Shown: positions 25,395-38,120, counted from the first letter of the whole stretch. The stretch: 62,806 nucleotides of DNA, filler included, from Octopus bimaculoides (GCF_001194135.2; 5 parts of 5 records of this genome joined end to end with filler, not necessarily neighbours in it); one strand, 5' to 3'. A program made the numbers and translations. The notes: generated from the sequence alone by a model not told the origin.

Positions 25395-26610
25395 AATGCT
25401 CTTCAGGTGACGCCTCGTCTTTGTGTGTTTTAGGGGTTGCCGTATCTTCGTGCAAAGCTTTCTTGGTGGGCTTGACGAACATTGTGATGGGAAGTTGCTG
25501 TTGTTGTCTTTTTTCATAGTGGTGAGGAGAGTTTTATATATCTGCATGGGCCGCATCGATGGCATTTTGAAATTGAAGAGGTCGAACGATATAGGGATCC
25601 TATGCTTTCGCCTACCCTTGCAATTCCTTTGCTGACCGTTCGCTTGTCAGGACCACCTCATCCTTCGCTTCTCGATCTGGTAATTCCACCCCTCTTCGCT
25701 GAAAGACTTAGTTAACTCCAACAAATCTTCGTCTGTTTCAGAGGGGTTTAGAGGAAGTCGTTGTTCTTATCTTGTGTAATGTCGTCAAAACCTTCGCCAC
25801 CAAATACCTTTGCCAGTTTCACCGCATTGTTGAGAGCCTTATGCTGAATATCTTCTGGTGAGAAGCCTTCGTAGTGCTGGACACACAGCTGGTCACATAT
25901 TCTTCTAGCTTGCGATGAGGGTTTCTATTTTCATGTCTTTAAGAGCAGCCTGGATGGCTGACAGGCACAGTGTGATCGTGAAGATACACCAGTACAACTT
26001 TAGCTTGAAATTCTCGTCCGAATCCATTGCCTCCACAAGGTGTTGGAGAGAGTTCCACGCCTTCATCCATACGCTGGATGAAGGAGGTGGTGTTAGCAGG
26101 GAGGAACATGGACTCCCTCGTGATTCAAATCCAAAAGAGTGACCACCAGTATTATCTATAACAAGCAACACCTTGAATTCTATGCATACGTTTTGGAGGT
26201 AGTCTCTGGCTTGAGGGATGAAGCACTAGTGGAAACAATTCAAAGTTAGACTTTTGGCAATCCAGGCCTTGGTGTTGTGCTTCCAGTGGACAGGCAGCAT
26301 GTTTTTAATCTTATATTTGAAGGCCCTCAGGATCACGGACTTGTAGATAAGTCCTGGTTTCATCATAAAGTCAGCAGCATTGCCATACATAATTACCGTC
26401 ACTCTGTCCTTCTGTTCCTTAAATCCTGAGGCTCAGGCTTCACCTTCATGATATACATTCTGGGAGACATCTTCTTCCAGAACAAGCCATTTTCGTCCAT
26501 ATTGAAAACTTGTTCCGGCTTGCATCCCTCGACCTCGATGATCTGCCTGAAGGTCTCAAGGGACTTCTCGGCAGCTTCTTTATCGGCTGATGCTGTCTCT
26601 CCACGAATTG
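25395..26610 (-). mobile_element. Tigger/pogo-family DNA transposon, degenerate transposase (DDE_1 type)
   Basis: Minus strand ADKEAAEKSLETFRQIIEVEGCKPEQVFNMDENGLFWKKM, then after a frameshift KEQKDRVTVIMYGNAA...LPVHWKHNTKAWI...FKVLLVIDNTGGH; typical Tigger motifs with stops and frameshifts. Confidence 0.9.
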
Positions 26611-26878
26611 ATATGTATAAGCAAAATAAGACAAGGTAGAAAATGCAAAAATTATTTTATCATGAAGAACATTTTAGTACCGGTTTCAGTCTTTGCGACA
26701 TTTTCAACTTAGATTAAAGCATGAAAAACTTTTAGACTGTGGAACCATTAAATGAAATGCTTTGTTTAAAATATTTCCATAGTTTTCAAATGCAAGGGAT
26801 ATTTTCCATTTTTCTGTCTCTCTTCTTTACTCACAAGTAAAATTATTTTAGCATTTTCTACCTTCTTTTATGTTGCTT

Positions 26879-26936
<58 letters not shown>

Positions 26937-27339
26937 ATTTATATATATGTATTTATATATATTTTTATACCAAAATTAGGCAACGGTCCTTTTCGAAATG
27001 TACAGCTTCCGTATTGGTTCATTATCGAACATCATAAATTTGAATCATTTGCTTGATATGTTCACAGTTTCAACACCGTTATGATGTACGGTTGTATTAC
27101 ATCTCATGTCTTTTCAACTTGTTTTTTGGCATGTTTTCATAGGTCAACTATGAATGTTGTATATGAATGTTATCTATTTTTAATATCTACCTGCTACTAA
27201 TAAGGCCCTGAGGAGCTGCAGTATCCCATATTTTATAATATGCATGAATCAATTTGGATATCGCATCGAAATGGTCATAGGTCATTATCATTATCATAAT
27301 AAAGTATTTTCAATGGATCAGTTTTGAGCTCTCATTTAA

Positions 27340-27381
<42 letters not shown>

Positions 27382-27513
27382 ACATGTGTACACGTGTAAT
27401 ACAATTTTTTCTGAATTTTCAGATTTTTTATATGCTAGGCCACTTGGTTTTAAATTGAATTAATATTCAATTTATCACCCTATCTGTATATATATATGTA
27501 TATAAAAAAAGAA

Positions 27514-28030
27514 TCCACAAACACATAAGAAAAAATATATGATATAAATAATACGTATACCTAAAACATACAATGTAAAAAATACATATATTCTAATAAA
27601 ATACAAATATATCTAATCCGAGTTAAAAATATAACGTAAAATATATATTTTTTATAATAGAATACAAAAGGTCTAAACAGAGTTAAAATAAAGCGACTAA
27701 AATTTCAGAATACTTTTTAAAAGAATTTTAAATTATTTAACAAGTATTTTAATAGTCAGATAAAATCTTTTAGTCGGTGGACAATTATTTTATTTTATCT
27801 CTATATTATTTATATTTGTGTAGTAGGACTGATATTTTGAATTTTTAGTCGCTTTATTTTAACTCTGATTTGACGTTTTGTATTCTATTATAAAAATTAT
27901 ATATTTTACGTTATATGTTGAACTCGGATTAGATATATTCGCATTTTTTAGAATATATGTATTTTTAAAATTGTGTGTTTTATGTATACATATTATTTAT
28001 ATTATATATTTTTTCTTATGTGTTTGTGGA
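27514..28030. repeat. Foldback/MITE-like element with ~200-bp inverted arms
   Basis: Left arm tccacaaacacataagaaaaaatatat...gagttaaaataaagcgactaaaa (27514-~27712) is the reverse complement of the right arm ttttagtcgctttattttaactc...atatattttttcttatgtgtttgtgga (~27835-28030). Confidence 0.85.
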
Positions 28031-28236
28031 CCATGGTGATTGATTGTTTGAGGGGTGGTGTTATGTTGAGTGGTGGTGTTATGAGTCGTTGACCCGAACT
28101 TAATATTTTTATTCTATCATTAATGCTTTTTTATCCTCGTCTCATCTATATTTGAGCAGTTCTGTTGCAGTCCTATAAAACTTTTTTGTTTCTTAATAAG
28201 AGACAAATATTATTACTGTTATATATATGTATGTAT

Positions 28237-28291
<55 letters not shown>

Positions 28292-28705
28292 NNNNNNNNN
28301 NNNNNNNNNNNNNNNNNNNNNNNNNNNNNNNNNNNNNNNNNNNNNNNNNNNNNNNNNNNNNNNNNNNNNNNNNNNNNNNNNNNNNNNNNNNNNNNNNNNN
28401 NNNNNNNNNNNNNNNNNNNNNNNNNNNNNNNNNNNNNNNNNNNNNNNNNNNNNNNNNNNNNNNNNNNNNNNNNNNNNNNNNNNNNNNNNNNNNNNNNNNN
28501 NNNNNNNNNNNNNNNNNNNNNNNNNNNNNNNNNNNNNNNNNNNNNNNNNNNNNNNNNNNNNNNNNNNNNNNNNNNNATATGTATGTATATACATACATAT
28601 ATACATATACCAATATATATAAATATGTATACATAAATGCATACGGACATATGTATGTATATATATATATATATACATACATATATACATATATACGTGT
28701 GCGTA

Positions 28706-28732
28706 GATAGATATAAATAGATAGATAGATAA

Positions 28733-28790
<58 letters not shown>
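28706..28790. repeat. (ATAG)n tetranucleotide microsatellite
   Basis: Direct inspection. Confidence 0.9.
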
Positions 28791-28791
<1 letters not shown>

Positions 28792-29189
28792 TCTGTAGTA
28801 GACGACATAAACTGCATAACGTATTAAAAATAGAACGAGAAGGTATATGAGGCAACGTATTTTACATTCAACTTCCTGCTTACTCTGACTACTACGTCCC
28901 CAACTTAATGCTTGCCACACCCACGCTTTGTGATAACCGGGTAAACAAACAATAAGAGAAAATATAAGCTACGTTTTGTTGTTATTTTACAGCTCTCTTC
29001 TATTTATAAATAAAAATTTAGTATTCTTCTTGTAAATGATAAATTCCCAACGAATTCAATATTTTTTCCTGAATTTTAAAAATTTTATCAGGTAAGTTTT
29101 ATGTTACATAGTGATCTCGCTGTGTCAAAGTTTCCTTCGTTGACTCATTAGTATCGAAAAGGAGAACCTATTCACAGACGAAGACAGCC

Positions 29190-29290
29190 TCCTAAGGATA
29201 TTATGTATTTGTTGTGATATGAAGGGTGTCGTCTATCATGAATTGCCTAACCACAGAAAAAAAGAACGATTAAAGCGAAGACGTATAGAT
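29190..29290 (+). mobile_element. Mariner-type transposase relic
   Basis: RILCICCDMKGVVYHELP resembles the mariner motif K(V/I)MLCVWWDxKGVVYYELL. Confidence 0.55.
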
Positions 29291-29481
29291 TGTGATTCTG
29301 TAATCAATAATGAGGGAAAAGATTTTATTGATTAATTAAATCCAATCAGAGGAACAATGATCATCTACTTTCCTCTCTTGACATGCGATAAGAAATTCTT
29401 TCCAGCCGAATATACAAAAAATACTTCAAAGCGCAATCATTATCATGAGATATTAATATTGATAAGTATTTAATTTTCGCT

Positions 29482-29572
<91 letters not shown>

Positions 29573-30375
29573 TTGCATATATATATATACTTGTATGTAT
29601 ATATACATATATATATATGTATACATATACATGTATATATATACATATATATAAATATAAATACATACATGTATAGATAGCTATGTCTGTATTAATACAT
29701 ACATACATATATATAGCAATAAGAAATGGAGGGGAATAGGTGCTATTCATCAACTTGCAGACATTGTATTGTGTCAGTTTACTTGTTTATTTGTTTACTA
29801 AAAGGACAATAATAACAATATACAAACGCATGTGACATATGGTGTCATATCAGTAATTTAAAAATAACATATAGTGACAGAAAATGGGATAATGACTTAC
29901 AGCTGTTTCAGTCTAGGGTGACACGCCTCATTCTATTTATATCACTCCAGTAGACTGAAGTAATTAATAAATGAAATTGATGAGATTGAGGTACATGGAT
30001 GATTCTCTAGGCCTCTTCAGAGATTTTATAAAGTTCATAAGGTTAAGTTAAAAATATCCAAATATAAAAATATAAAAAACCGTAAAAACCACCATATATA
30101 TGCATACTTTAACATATACATAGATATACGTAAATAAACATATATACAAATATGTACATTTAAATGTACATACATAAATGTCCATACATGTACACAAATG
30201 AATCAATTATAATTGTATATATATATATATATACCCACACATACATACATATACGTATGTATACATAAACATTTCCGTACAGCTGTGTTTATTGGCACAT
30301 ACGCATTAGTTGCATCTGGAATGGAGGACTGGTGCATTAGTTCGTATCGTTATAATTCCAACAAAAATATCCAGA

Positions 30376-30422
<47 letters not shown>

Positions 30423-31536
30423 ATACATCAAAAACGCATGGGGTACGCACGTATCAGTTATGTTTGTAATGGAGGAATTTATACAATTAGTTCATGGGAA
30501 TTCTAACAACAATATCCAAACTTCTATAAACCTATGATGAGTTACTCCGTTATTGTTTTGTTTATGGAGTAGAACGAATCTTGCTGGCACTGGGGAGGGG
30601 TTAATTTTGCTGTTCAGTCACCTCATCTAATTAGTCATCTATTGTTTTAAAATGTTTTGGCTTAACTACGGTTGGACAACCATTAACCGGTCAAATGAGT
30701 TAAGCATGAATATATATATACATATACACATACATATACATTCATATATATATATTTATACGTACACACACACACATACATACATACTCACATACCTATA
30801 TATACCTATATAAATGGAGTGTATATAAATAGCACAAAGACTACACAAATTATCGGGAAGTTTATATGCGGATATAAATATTCGTATGCATATATACACG
30901 CATACACGACCAAACTAAAATAAGGGGCAAAGTAACAAAACAATAACACAGCAATACAATAAAACTGATCGTATATATCTTCTTGGTATGTTGTCGTTAA
31001 ACGCTAAGATTATTTCTAGAATAGAGTCTTCGATTTCTCACTAAAACTCCTTCATATATAAATTATACCTACATATTTTCAAATTGTAGTCATTTTTGGT
31101 AAAAATTTGATGAAAAGCTATTGTACCCGACAAATTGCCTCAGATTATGTTTAAAATTTATTATGTCTGACAGCAGGATTCCTTATATAGCTGAGTCACT
31201 TAACTAATAAACTCCTAAGGTAGTTATTCATAAACTTAGCGATTCGTCTATTTCTATATCTAATTACTTCTACTGTTAAATTTGGGACATCTTCTCTTTT
31301 CCAAACATGTGTGAATGGAGGTGACCCTAGATATGAATATCCTCAATAACTTATTCATCTAACGACTAATTAACCAGTTCATCAGTCCACCAATTAATCA
31401 GTCAATTAATCAACCAATCAATTAAGTAAATAAATAATTGACCAACCAATCAATCAATCAATTCATCCAATCCCTGGTTAAAAATAGCATTACATACCGG
31501 AGTCCATAACCAAAAAATCATACCCATGCATGTGCA

Positions 31537-31574
<38 letters not shown>

Positions 31575-31694
31575 CTACATTCACGCTCACATATACAATC
31601 ATCTATCTACATACATATACATACCCATGCATATATATATATATATATATATGCGTACACACTTATACAACCACCTACCTACATACATACACAA

Positions 31695-31728
<34 letters not shown>

Positions 31729-32165
31729 TTATATATATGTCTCTCTTCACGTACATGTATTTGTATTCATATACCAATATATATACATATAAATGTACAT
31801 ATATGTATATTATGCTTATTTAATTCCCAATACAAATATATGTACAAACCTAGATATAAATGTATACCTACCTAAAACTTCACATATGTGCACATATAAA
31901 TGCATACCTTTACATATTATACCTACAAATGCTTATAAATATACAAATATACACATACATCCACATATAAATACATCTATATATGCACACATATACATTG
32001 CGATATAAATTAATGGTAAAATATCTTTTTACCCGCACCCATTTATTGCACTTGGTAATGCAATGGAAAAACACTAGTGTAATAATAATTGGGTATTCTT
32101 CCAGCAGTATATTGGATAGATATTATCCCTTAGTGGGTTGAATTCACAACCCCTAACTTTCTTGG

Positions 32166-32201
<36 letters not shown>

Positions 32202-33431
32202 NNNNNNNNNNNNNNNNNNNNNNNNNNNNNNNNNNNNNNNNNNNNNNNNNNNNNNNNNNNNNNNNNNNNNNNNNNNNNNNNNNNNNNNNNNNNNNNNNNN
32301 NNNNNNNNNNNNNNNNNNNNNNNNNNNNNNNNNNNNNNNNNNNNNNNNNNNNNNNNNNNNNNNNNNNNNNNNNNNNNNNNNNNNNNNNNNNNNNNNNNNN
32401 NNNNNNNNNNNNNNNNNNNNNNNNNNNNNNNNNNNNNNNNNNNNNNNNNNNNNNNNNNNNNNNNNNNNNNNNNNNNNNNNNNNNNNNNNNNNNNNNNNNN
32501 NNNNNNNNNNNNNNNNNNNNNNNNNNNNNNNNNNNNNNNNNNNNNNNNNNNNNNNNNNNNNNNNNNNNNNNNNNNNNNNNNNNNNNNNNNNNNNNNNNNN
32601 NNNNNNNNNNNNNNNNNNNNNNNNNNNNNNNNNNNNNNNNNNNNNNNNNNNNNNNNNNNNNNNNNNNNNNNNNNNNNNNNNNNNNNNNNNNNNNNNNNNN
32701 NNNNNNNNNNNNNNNNNNNNNNNNNNNNNNNNNNNNNNNNNNNNNNNNNTTGAAGTTATATATATATATAAATGAAATATTCAAACACTGAGATTTGAAG
32801 TTAGATTTGAAGTTATATATATATATAAAATTTACCCACCGCACGCTGAATATGTGTGTCTGTATATATACATAGGGTGCGCTGAATAATCTGTCTTCTA
32901 AATTACGCAAAATGAAAATAACACTGACCTATCATTTTAACGGATATATTTACAAAAATTACATGAGCCTGAGGCTGTGTGGAAAGACGAATGGAGGCAT
33001 AACGTTGCCATTACTAGTGTGATTTTTATCACTCTCGTTATATGTCCTCAGATTGCACTATCCTCAGATTGACACAAGCTCTTTGAAATATTCGCATTGG
33101 AGCTTCCGCCGCGTGTCGTTTATAAATTTCTGAGAGAGAGAATTATTACGTCATGGCGCTGTGTTTCTTACACAGGTTGCCCAACTGAGCATGCTACATT
33201 TTGTAATCGATAAAATCTAAACCAAATCACAAGCGCGAATTTAAAATATAAAATGGCAACATTTACCCACCGCACGCTGAATATGTGTGTGTATGTGTGT
33301 TTGTGTGTGTGTGTTTGTGTGTGTTTGTGTGTGTGTGTGTGTGTGTTTGTATGTGTGTGTGAGTATGTTTTGTGTGTGTTTGTGGGTTCCTGAGTATATA
33401 TTTATGGAGGTAGATTTATAGATATATGTAC

Positions 33432-33476
<45 letters not shown>

Positions 33477-33477
33477 T

Positions 33478-33880
33478 CCTCTTTGCCCCTTGTGGAGCAT
33501 AGGGCCTCAGCAGTTATTTTCCCCGTTTTGCGGTCATTGGTTTGTTTCTTGGCTGCTTCTCATGTCAGGCCGGTGGTCCTGAGCTCGTCCAAAATGCTCC
33601 GCTTCCATGTCTGCTTCGGGCGTCTTCGCTTCCTTTTCCCCTGCGGGTTCCAGTCAAGTGCTTGTCGTGTCACATTTGAGTGTTCTCTCCGCAGTGTGTG
33701 TCCGATCCATTTCCATTTCCTTCGTCTAATCTGAACATGCATGGGCTCCTGGTTGGCCCTTTCCCACATGTCGGTGTTTGGTACTCTGTCGAACCACTTC
33801 AGATGGAGAATCTGCTGGAGACATTTGTTGATGAAGGTTTGGATCTTCTTGTAGTTGCTGCAGGTGGCTCTCCGGTCAAC
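33478..33880 (-). mobile_element. RTE-clade LINE, 5'-truncated 3' end with (GA)n tail
   Basis: KKIQTFINKCLQQILHLKWFDRVPNTDMWERANQEPMHVQIRRRKWKWIGHTLRR...ALDWNPQGKRKRRRPKQTWKRS is the classic RTE ORF2 C-terminus; it is followed on the minus strand by (GA)n. Confidence 0.9.
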
Positions 33881-33940
33881 GAAATGGTCCATATTTATGT
33901 TACGAATGAAACAGTTTCCAGTTTTTCAATTTGGTCCTCT

Positions 33941-34400
33941 TTACGTGTCATATTGGCTTTCATTTCCTCCATTAATAATATCGATCCTCTGTTCACACAC
34001 ACAGTGTGTGTCTACTTCAATCACACTTGGTTTATACTTATACAATCCACCAGCACATTCATTTGACCGTTTGAGGACAATCATCGTATTATACAGAATA
34101 CCACATTCGCGGTTGCAGCCTCTCAGTGCCTAACCACTTTCTACAGTAACAAACTATTTCAGTACATGATGACGGAAAAACTGTTAAATCATGAATAATG
34201 TTCACCTACCAGGGAGAGGCTGAGCGTTCAAGGATAATATCAGTAGAAAGAGAAGATTCTAATGCGCAACTGGTATCGATCTTGAAAGAATGAAAAACAT
34301 TGTCGAATTGGTCAAGGACTGACAATATTCGAAACGTTTTGCCTGGCGTGCAGAGGTTACTACCACTCCATCGCCTGTTAATACTGATAAACAAATTTCA
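33941..34400 (-). pseudogene. IL-17-like pseudogene (exon 2 homolog)
   Basis: STDIILERSASPW*VNIIHDLTVFPSSCTEIVCYCRK, a frameshift near 34125, then CNRECGILYNTMIVLKRSNECAGGLYKYKPSVIEVDTHCVCEQRIDIINGGNESQYDT* aligns colinearly with the intact gene (STDIIRERSTCPWYLKITHNSTYFPPSLTEVVCRC...TVLKRTVECIDGLYVYQPSVIHVATACVCARKIDVIPKGNDDEYES*). Premature TAG at 34206-34208; terminal TAA at 33941-33943. Confidence 0.88.
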
Positions 34401-35221
34401 GAAAAATAACTAACTTCATATTTGTATATCAATTTGTGCCCAATGATGATTCATTATTTTCAAATTAAACAGTGTGAGAGAAATTCAAATGTAATATCAT
34501 AAAATCTAATGTAGTTCTCATGGCAGAAGTTACGTGTTTGAATTCCGAAGTCAACAAGGTCACTTGTTTACTTGCTTTTATTACTTCATTACTGGTCAGA
34601 GCACGTATGGTGAAAGCTAATACTTTTTGGCTTTCGCGAACTATCTTTGTTTATAGATAAAGCATGCATTTTTCAATTGTTCTTAGACTTAAATGTAGAA
34701 CAATTGCGCTGTCACAACGTTGTTCTTTACAATTTTTCTGCAAGCAAAATCGTAAAATAGGGATCCATGGCAGTATATTAAAAAACCATGGAAACCTTTT
34801 GCTTTAAATACATTTATTGCAAGAAAGAGCTAGGTTACTTTGTTTTACATAGTTAAACATGTTTTCGGCTACTGATACATGGCCTCTTAATGTGTATCAC
34901 TGTAAACCTGCACAAGTAAATATCCGAAAAAGAAAATAGGAATTTTAAGAGACCTACGAGAGTCTTTAAACAATGAAAGGCTGTGGTATAAGGATATAAA
35001 AGGTAATAATACAGTTATCGACTTCACTAAATAACCGCTTGTACTTGATTAGATCTGTACGATGGACAGCCTTGTACATCATCTTACAAACATATAGTTT
35101 GAAATTGTAACTTAAATCTAAATTTGATTGATAGGTACGATCTCATTCATATAATATACATGAATAACGTCATATATCTCCATACAATTTTATATATGTA
35201 TGTATGTATGTGTGTATGTAT

Positions 35222-35222
35222 G

Positions 35223-35293
<71 letters not shown>

Positions 35294-35320
35294 TTTCCTA
35301 CCTACCTACCTACCTACCTA
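35222..35320. repeat. (TCTA)n/(CCTA)n compound microsatellite
   Basis: Direct inspection. Confidence 0.9.
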
Positions 35321-35616
35321 CTGGTAGACGAAGGCCTTGATGAATATTACTAGGTATGAAAATACGTATTCGCCTTTATATATTTAATTTTCTATATTGA
35401 ATACTTAGTATTTCATATATTCAATAAGACATATTTCATTTATTCAATAAGATATTAAATACTTCATTTCATTTTACCATCTATTTTTATATTATATATT
35501 ATATATTCCATATACTATGTCCCACATTAATTTTACAAGAATATAAATGAAATAGAATGAAATAGAATAATATATTCCTCTATACGCGATCATACAGAAC
35601 CCTTTTTTTGTATTTA

Positions 35617-35689
<73 letters not shown>

Positions 35690-35724
35690 TCACTCACACA
35701 CACACACACACACTCACACACACC

Positions 35725-35758
<34 letters not shown>

Positions 35759-36185
35759 CATGTATACATATATAGACACACATATATATACATACACATG
35801 CATATATACTTATATATATGTAGATAGATAGATAGATACATACATACATAGATTAATACATTTCTTTTATTAGCCACACAGGGCTCAACGAAGATGGGAC
35901 AAATACAATGTAGAGCTTTTCNNNNNNNNNNNNNNNNNNNNNNNNNNNNNNNNNNNNNNNNNNNNTTAATTAATTAANNNNNNNNNNNNNNNNNNNNNNN
36001 NNNNNNNNNNNNNNNNNNNNNCTGATTTGCAGACACCCGATAGTATAAAAGACGAAATGTTGAAACTTGCAGTTGTAGCTTTCATACATTTTACACATGA
36101 GGGACGTGCGCAGAGGTCTTGCCTGTTTGGAAAAGAATTACCCTGAATTTGGAATTATGTATGTATGTATGTATGTATGTATATA

Positions 36186-36600
36186 GGCGCAGGAGTGACT
36201 GTATGGTAAGTAGCTTGCTTACCAACCACATGGTTCCGGGTTCATTCTCACTGCGTGGCACCTTGGTCAAGTGTCCTCTACTATAGCCGCGGGCTGACCA
36301 AAGCCTTGTGAGTGGATTTGGTAGACGGAAACTGAAACGTGTGTGTGTGTGTGTGTGCGTGTGTGTGTATGTGTGTGTGTATGTGTATGTTTATATGTTT
36401 GTGAGTATATGTTTTTGTCTGTGTTTGTACCCCCACCATCGCTTGACAACCGATGCTGGTGTGTTTACGTCCCCATAACTTAGCGGTTCGGCAAAAAGAG
36501 ACCGATAGAATAATTCCTGAGATCGATCTGCTCGACTAAAATGCGCTGCTCCGGCATGGCCGCAGTCAAATGACTGAAACAGGTAAAAGAATAAAAGAAT
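36186..36600 (+). mobile_element. SINE-like family B, near full-length, with internal (TG)n
   Basis: tRNA-like head ggcgcaggagtgactgtatggtaagtagcttgct...ttccgggttca, body ggcaccttggtcaagtg, tail ggccgcagtcaaatgactgaaacaggtaaaag; multiple copies in the window. Confidence 0.85.
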
Positions 36601-37599
36601 ATATATATTTGTATGTGNNNNNNNNNNNNNNNNNNNNNNNNNNNNNNNNNNNNNNNNNNNNNNNNNNNNNNNNNNNNNNNNNNNNNNNNNNNNNNNNNNN
36701 NNNNNNNNNNNNNNNNNNNNNNNNNNNNNNNNNNNNNNNNNNNNNNNNNNNNNNNNNNNNNNNNNNNNNNNNNNNNNNNNNNNNNNNNNNNNNNNNNNNN
36801 NNNNNNNNNNNNNNNNNNNNNNNNNNNNNNNNNNNNNNNNNNNNNNNNNNNNNNNNNNNNNNNNNNNNNNNNNNNNNNNNNNNNNNNNNNNNNNNNNNNN
36901 NNNNNNNNNNNNNNNNNNNNNNNNNNNNNNNNNNNNNNNNNNNNNNNNNNNNNNNNNNNNNNNNNNNNNNNNNNNNNNNNNNNNNNNNNNNNNNNNNNNN
37001 NNNNNNNNNNNNNNNNNNNNNNNNNNNNNNNNNNNNNNNNNNNNNNNNNNNNNNNNNNNNNNNNNNNNNNNNNNNNNNNNNNNNNNNNNNNNNNNNNNNN
37101 NNNNNNNNNNNNNNNNNNNNNNNNNNNNNNNNNNNNNNNNNNNNNNNNNNNNNNNNNNNNNNNNNNNNNNNNNNNNNNNNNNNNNNNNNNNNNNNNNNNN
37201 NNNNNNNNNNNNNNNNNNNNNNNNNNNNNNNNNNNNNNNNNNNNNNNNNNNNNNNNNNNNNNNNNNNNNNNNNNNNNNNNNNNNNNNNNNNNNNNNNNNN
37301 NNNNNNNNNNNNNNNNNNNNNNNNNNNNNNNNNNNNNNNNNNNNNNNNNNNNNNNNNNNNNNNNNNNNNNNNNNNNNNNNNNNNNNNNNNNNNNNNNNNN
37401 NNNNNNNNNNNNNNNNNNNNNNNNNNNNNNNNNNNNNNNNNNNNNNNNNNNNNNNNNACTATTAAAGTACTGGGGTCGATATAATTTACTAAATCTTTAC
37501 TCTCAAATTTACTAGTCTTTTGCCTCATGTAGAAACTGTTATTATGAGATCACATATATTTATTTCTTTATTGCCCACATGGGGCTAAACACAGAGGGG

Positions 37600-37790
37600 A
37601 CAAACAAGGACAGACAAAGGAATTAAGTCGATTACATCGACCCAGTGCGTAACTGGTACCTATTTAATCGACTCCGAAAGGATGAAAGGCAAAGCCGACC
37701 TCGGTGGAATTTGAACTCAGAATGTAACGGCAGAAGAAATACCGCTAAGCATTTCGCCCGGCATCCTAACGAGATCACTTATATTGTGGG
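37600..37790 (-). mobile_element. SINE-like family D
   Basis: Reverse complement of the 20961-21152 element (cccagtgcgtaactggtacc...aggcaaagccgacctcggtggaatttgaactcagaa...gctaagcatttcgcccggc). Confidence 0.75.
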
Positions 37791-37861
37791 TTTGATAATG
37801 TATTCAAACGATATTTTATTGGTCCCAGGATAGCTAATTTGAACTCAACGTTCCTTCAGAG

Positions 37862-38120
37862 CAGTATTTCTCAACCATTTTTTTTTACCTATGGACCACT
37901 TTGATTCCTATTTTACTCAGGTGGACCCTGTTATATTTTTTAATTAAATATTATTAGGAATTATATAAAAAAAAATTGTTAAAATATTTTATATATTATA
38001 GAAGTATAACAAATTTATTGCACATTTATGTGAACAAACAGAAAATTAGAAGTAGTTAACAACAAAATCTTACATGGACCCTCAGGGGTCAAATAGAACC
38101 CCAAGGGTTGAGAACCACTG
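37862..38120. mobile_element. hAT (Charlie-like) MITE
   Basis: TIRs CAGTATTTCTCAACC (37862-37876) and GGTTGAGAACCACTG (38106-38120), 13/15 match; CAGTGGTTCTCAA-type ends are typical of Charlie-group hAT elements. The 8-bp TSD is degenerate. Confidence 0.7.

Noticed and set aside
34852-34895. Minus-strand hammerhead-like relic (GGC...GCC-GAAA-ACAUGU-U)
   Set aside because: The CUGANGA core is destroyed (reads CAUUAAGA) and stem I is unconvincing; at best a dead Penelope-end fragment.
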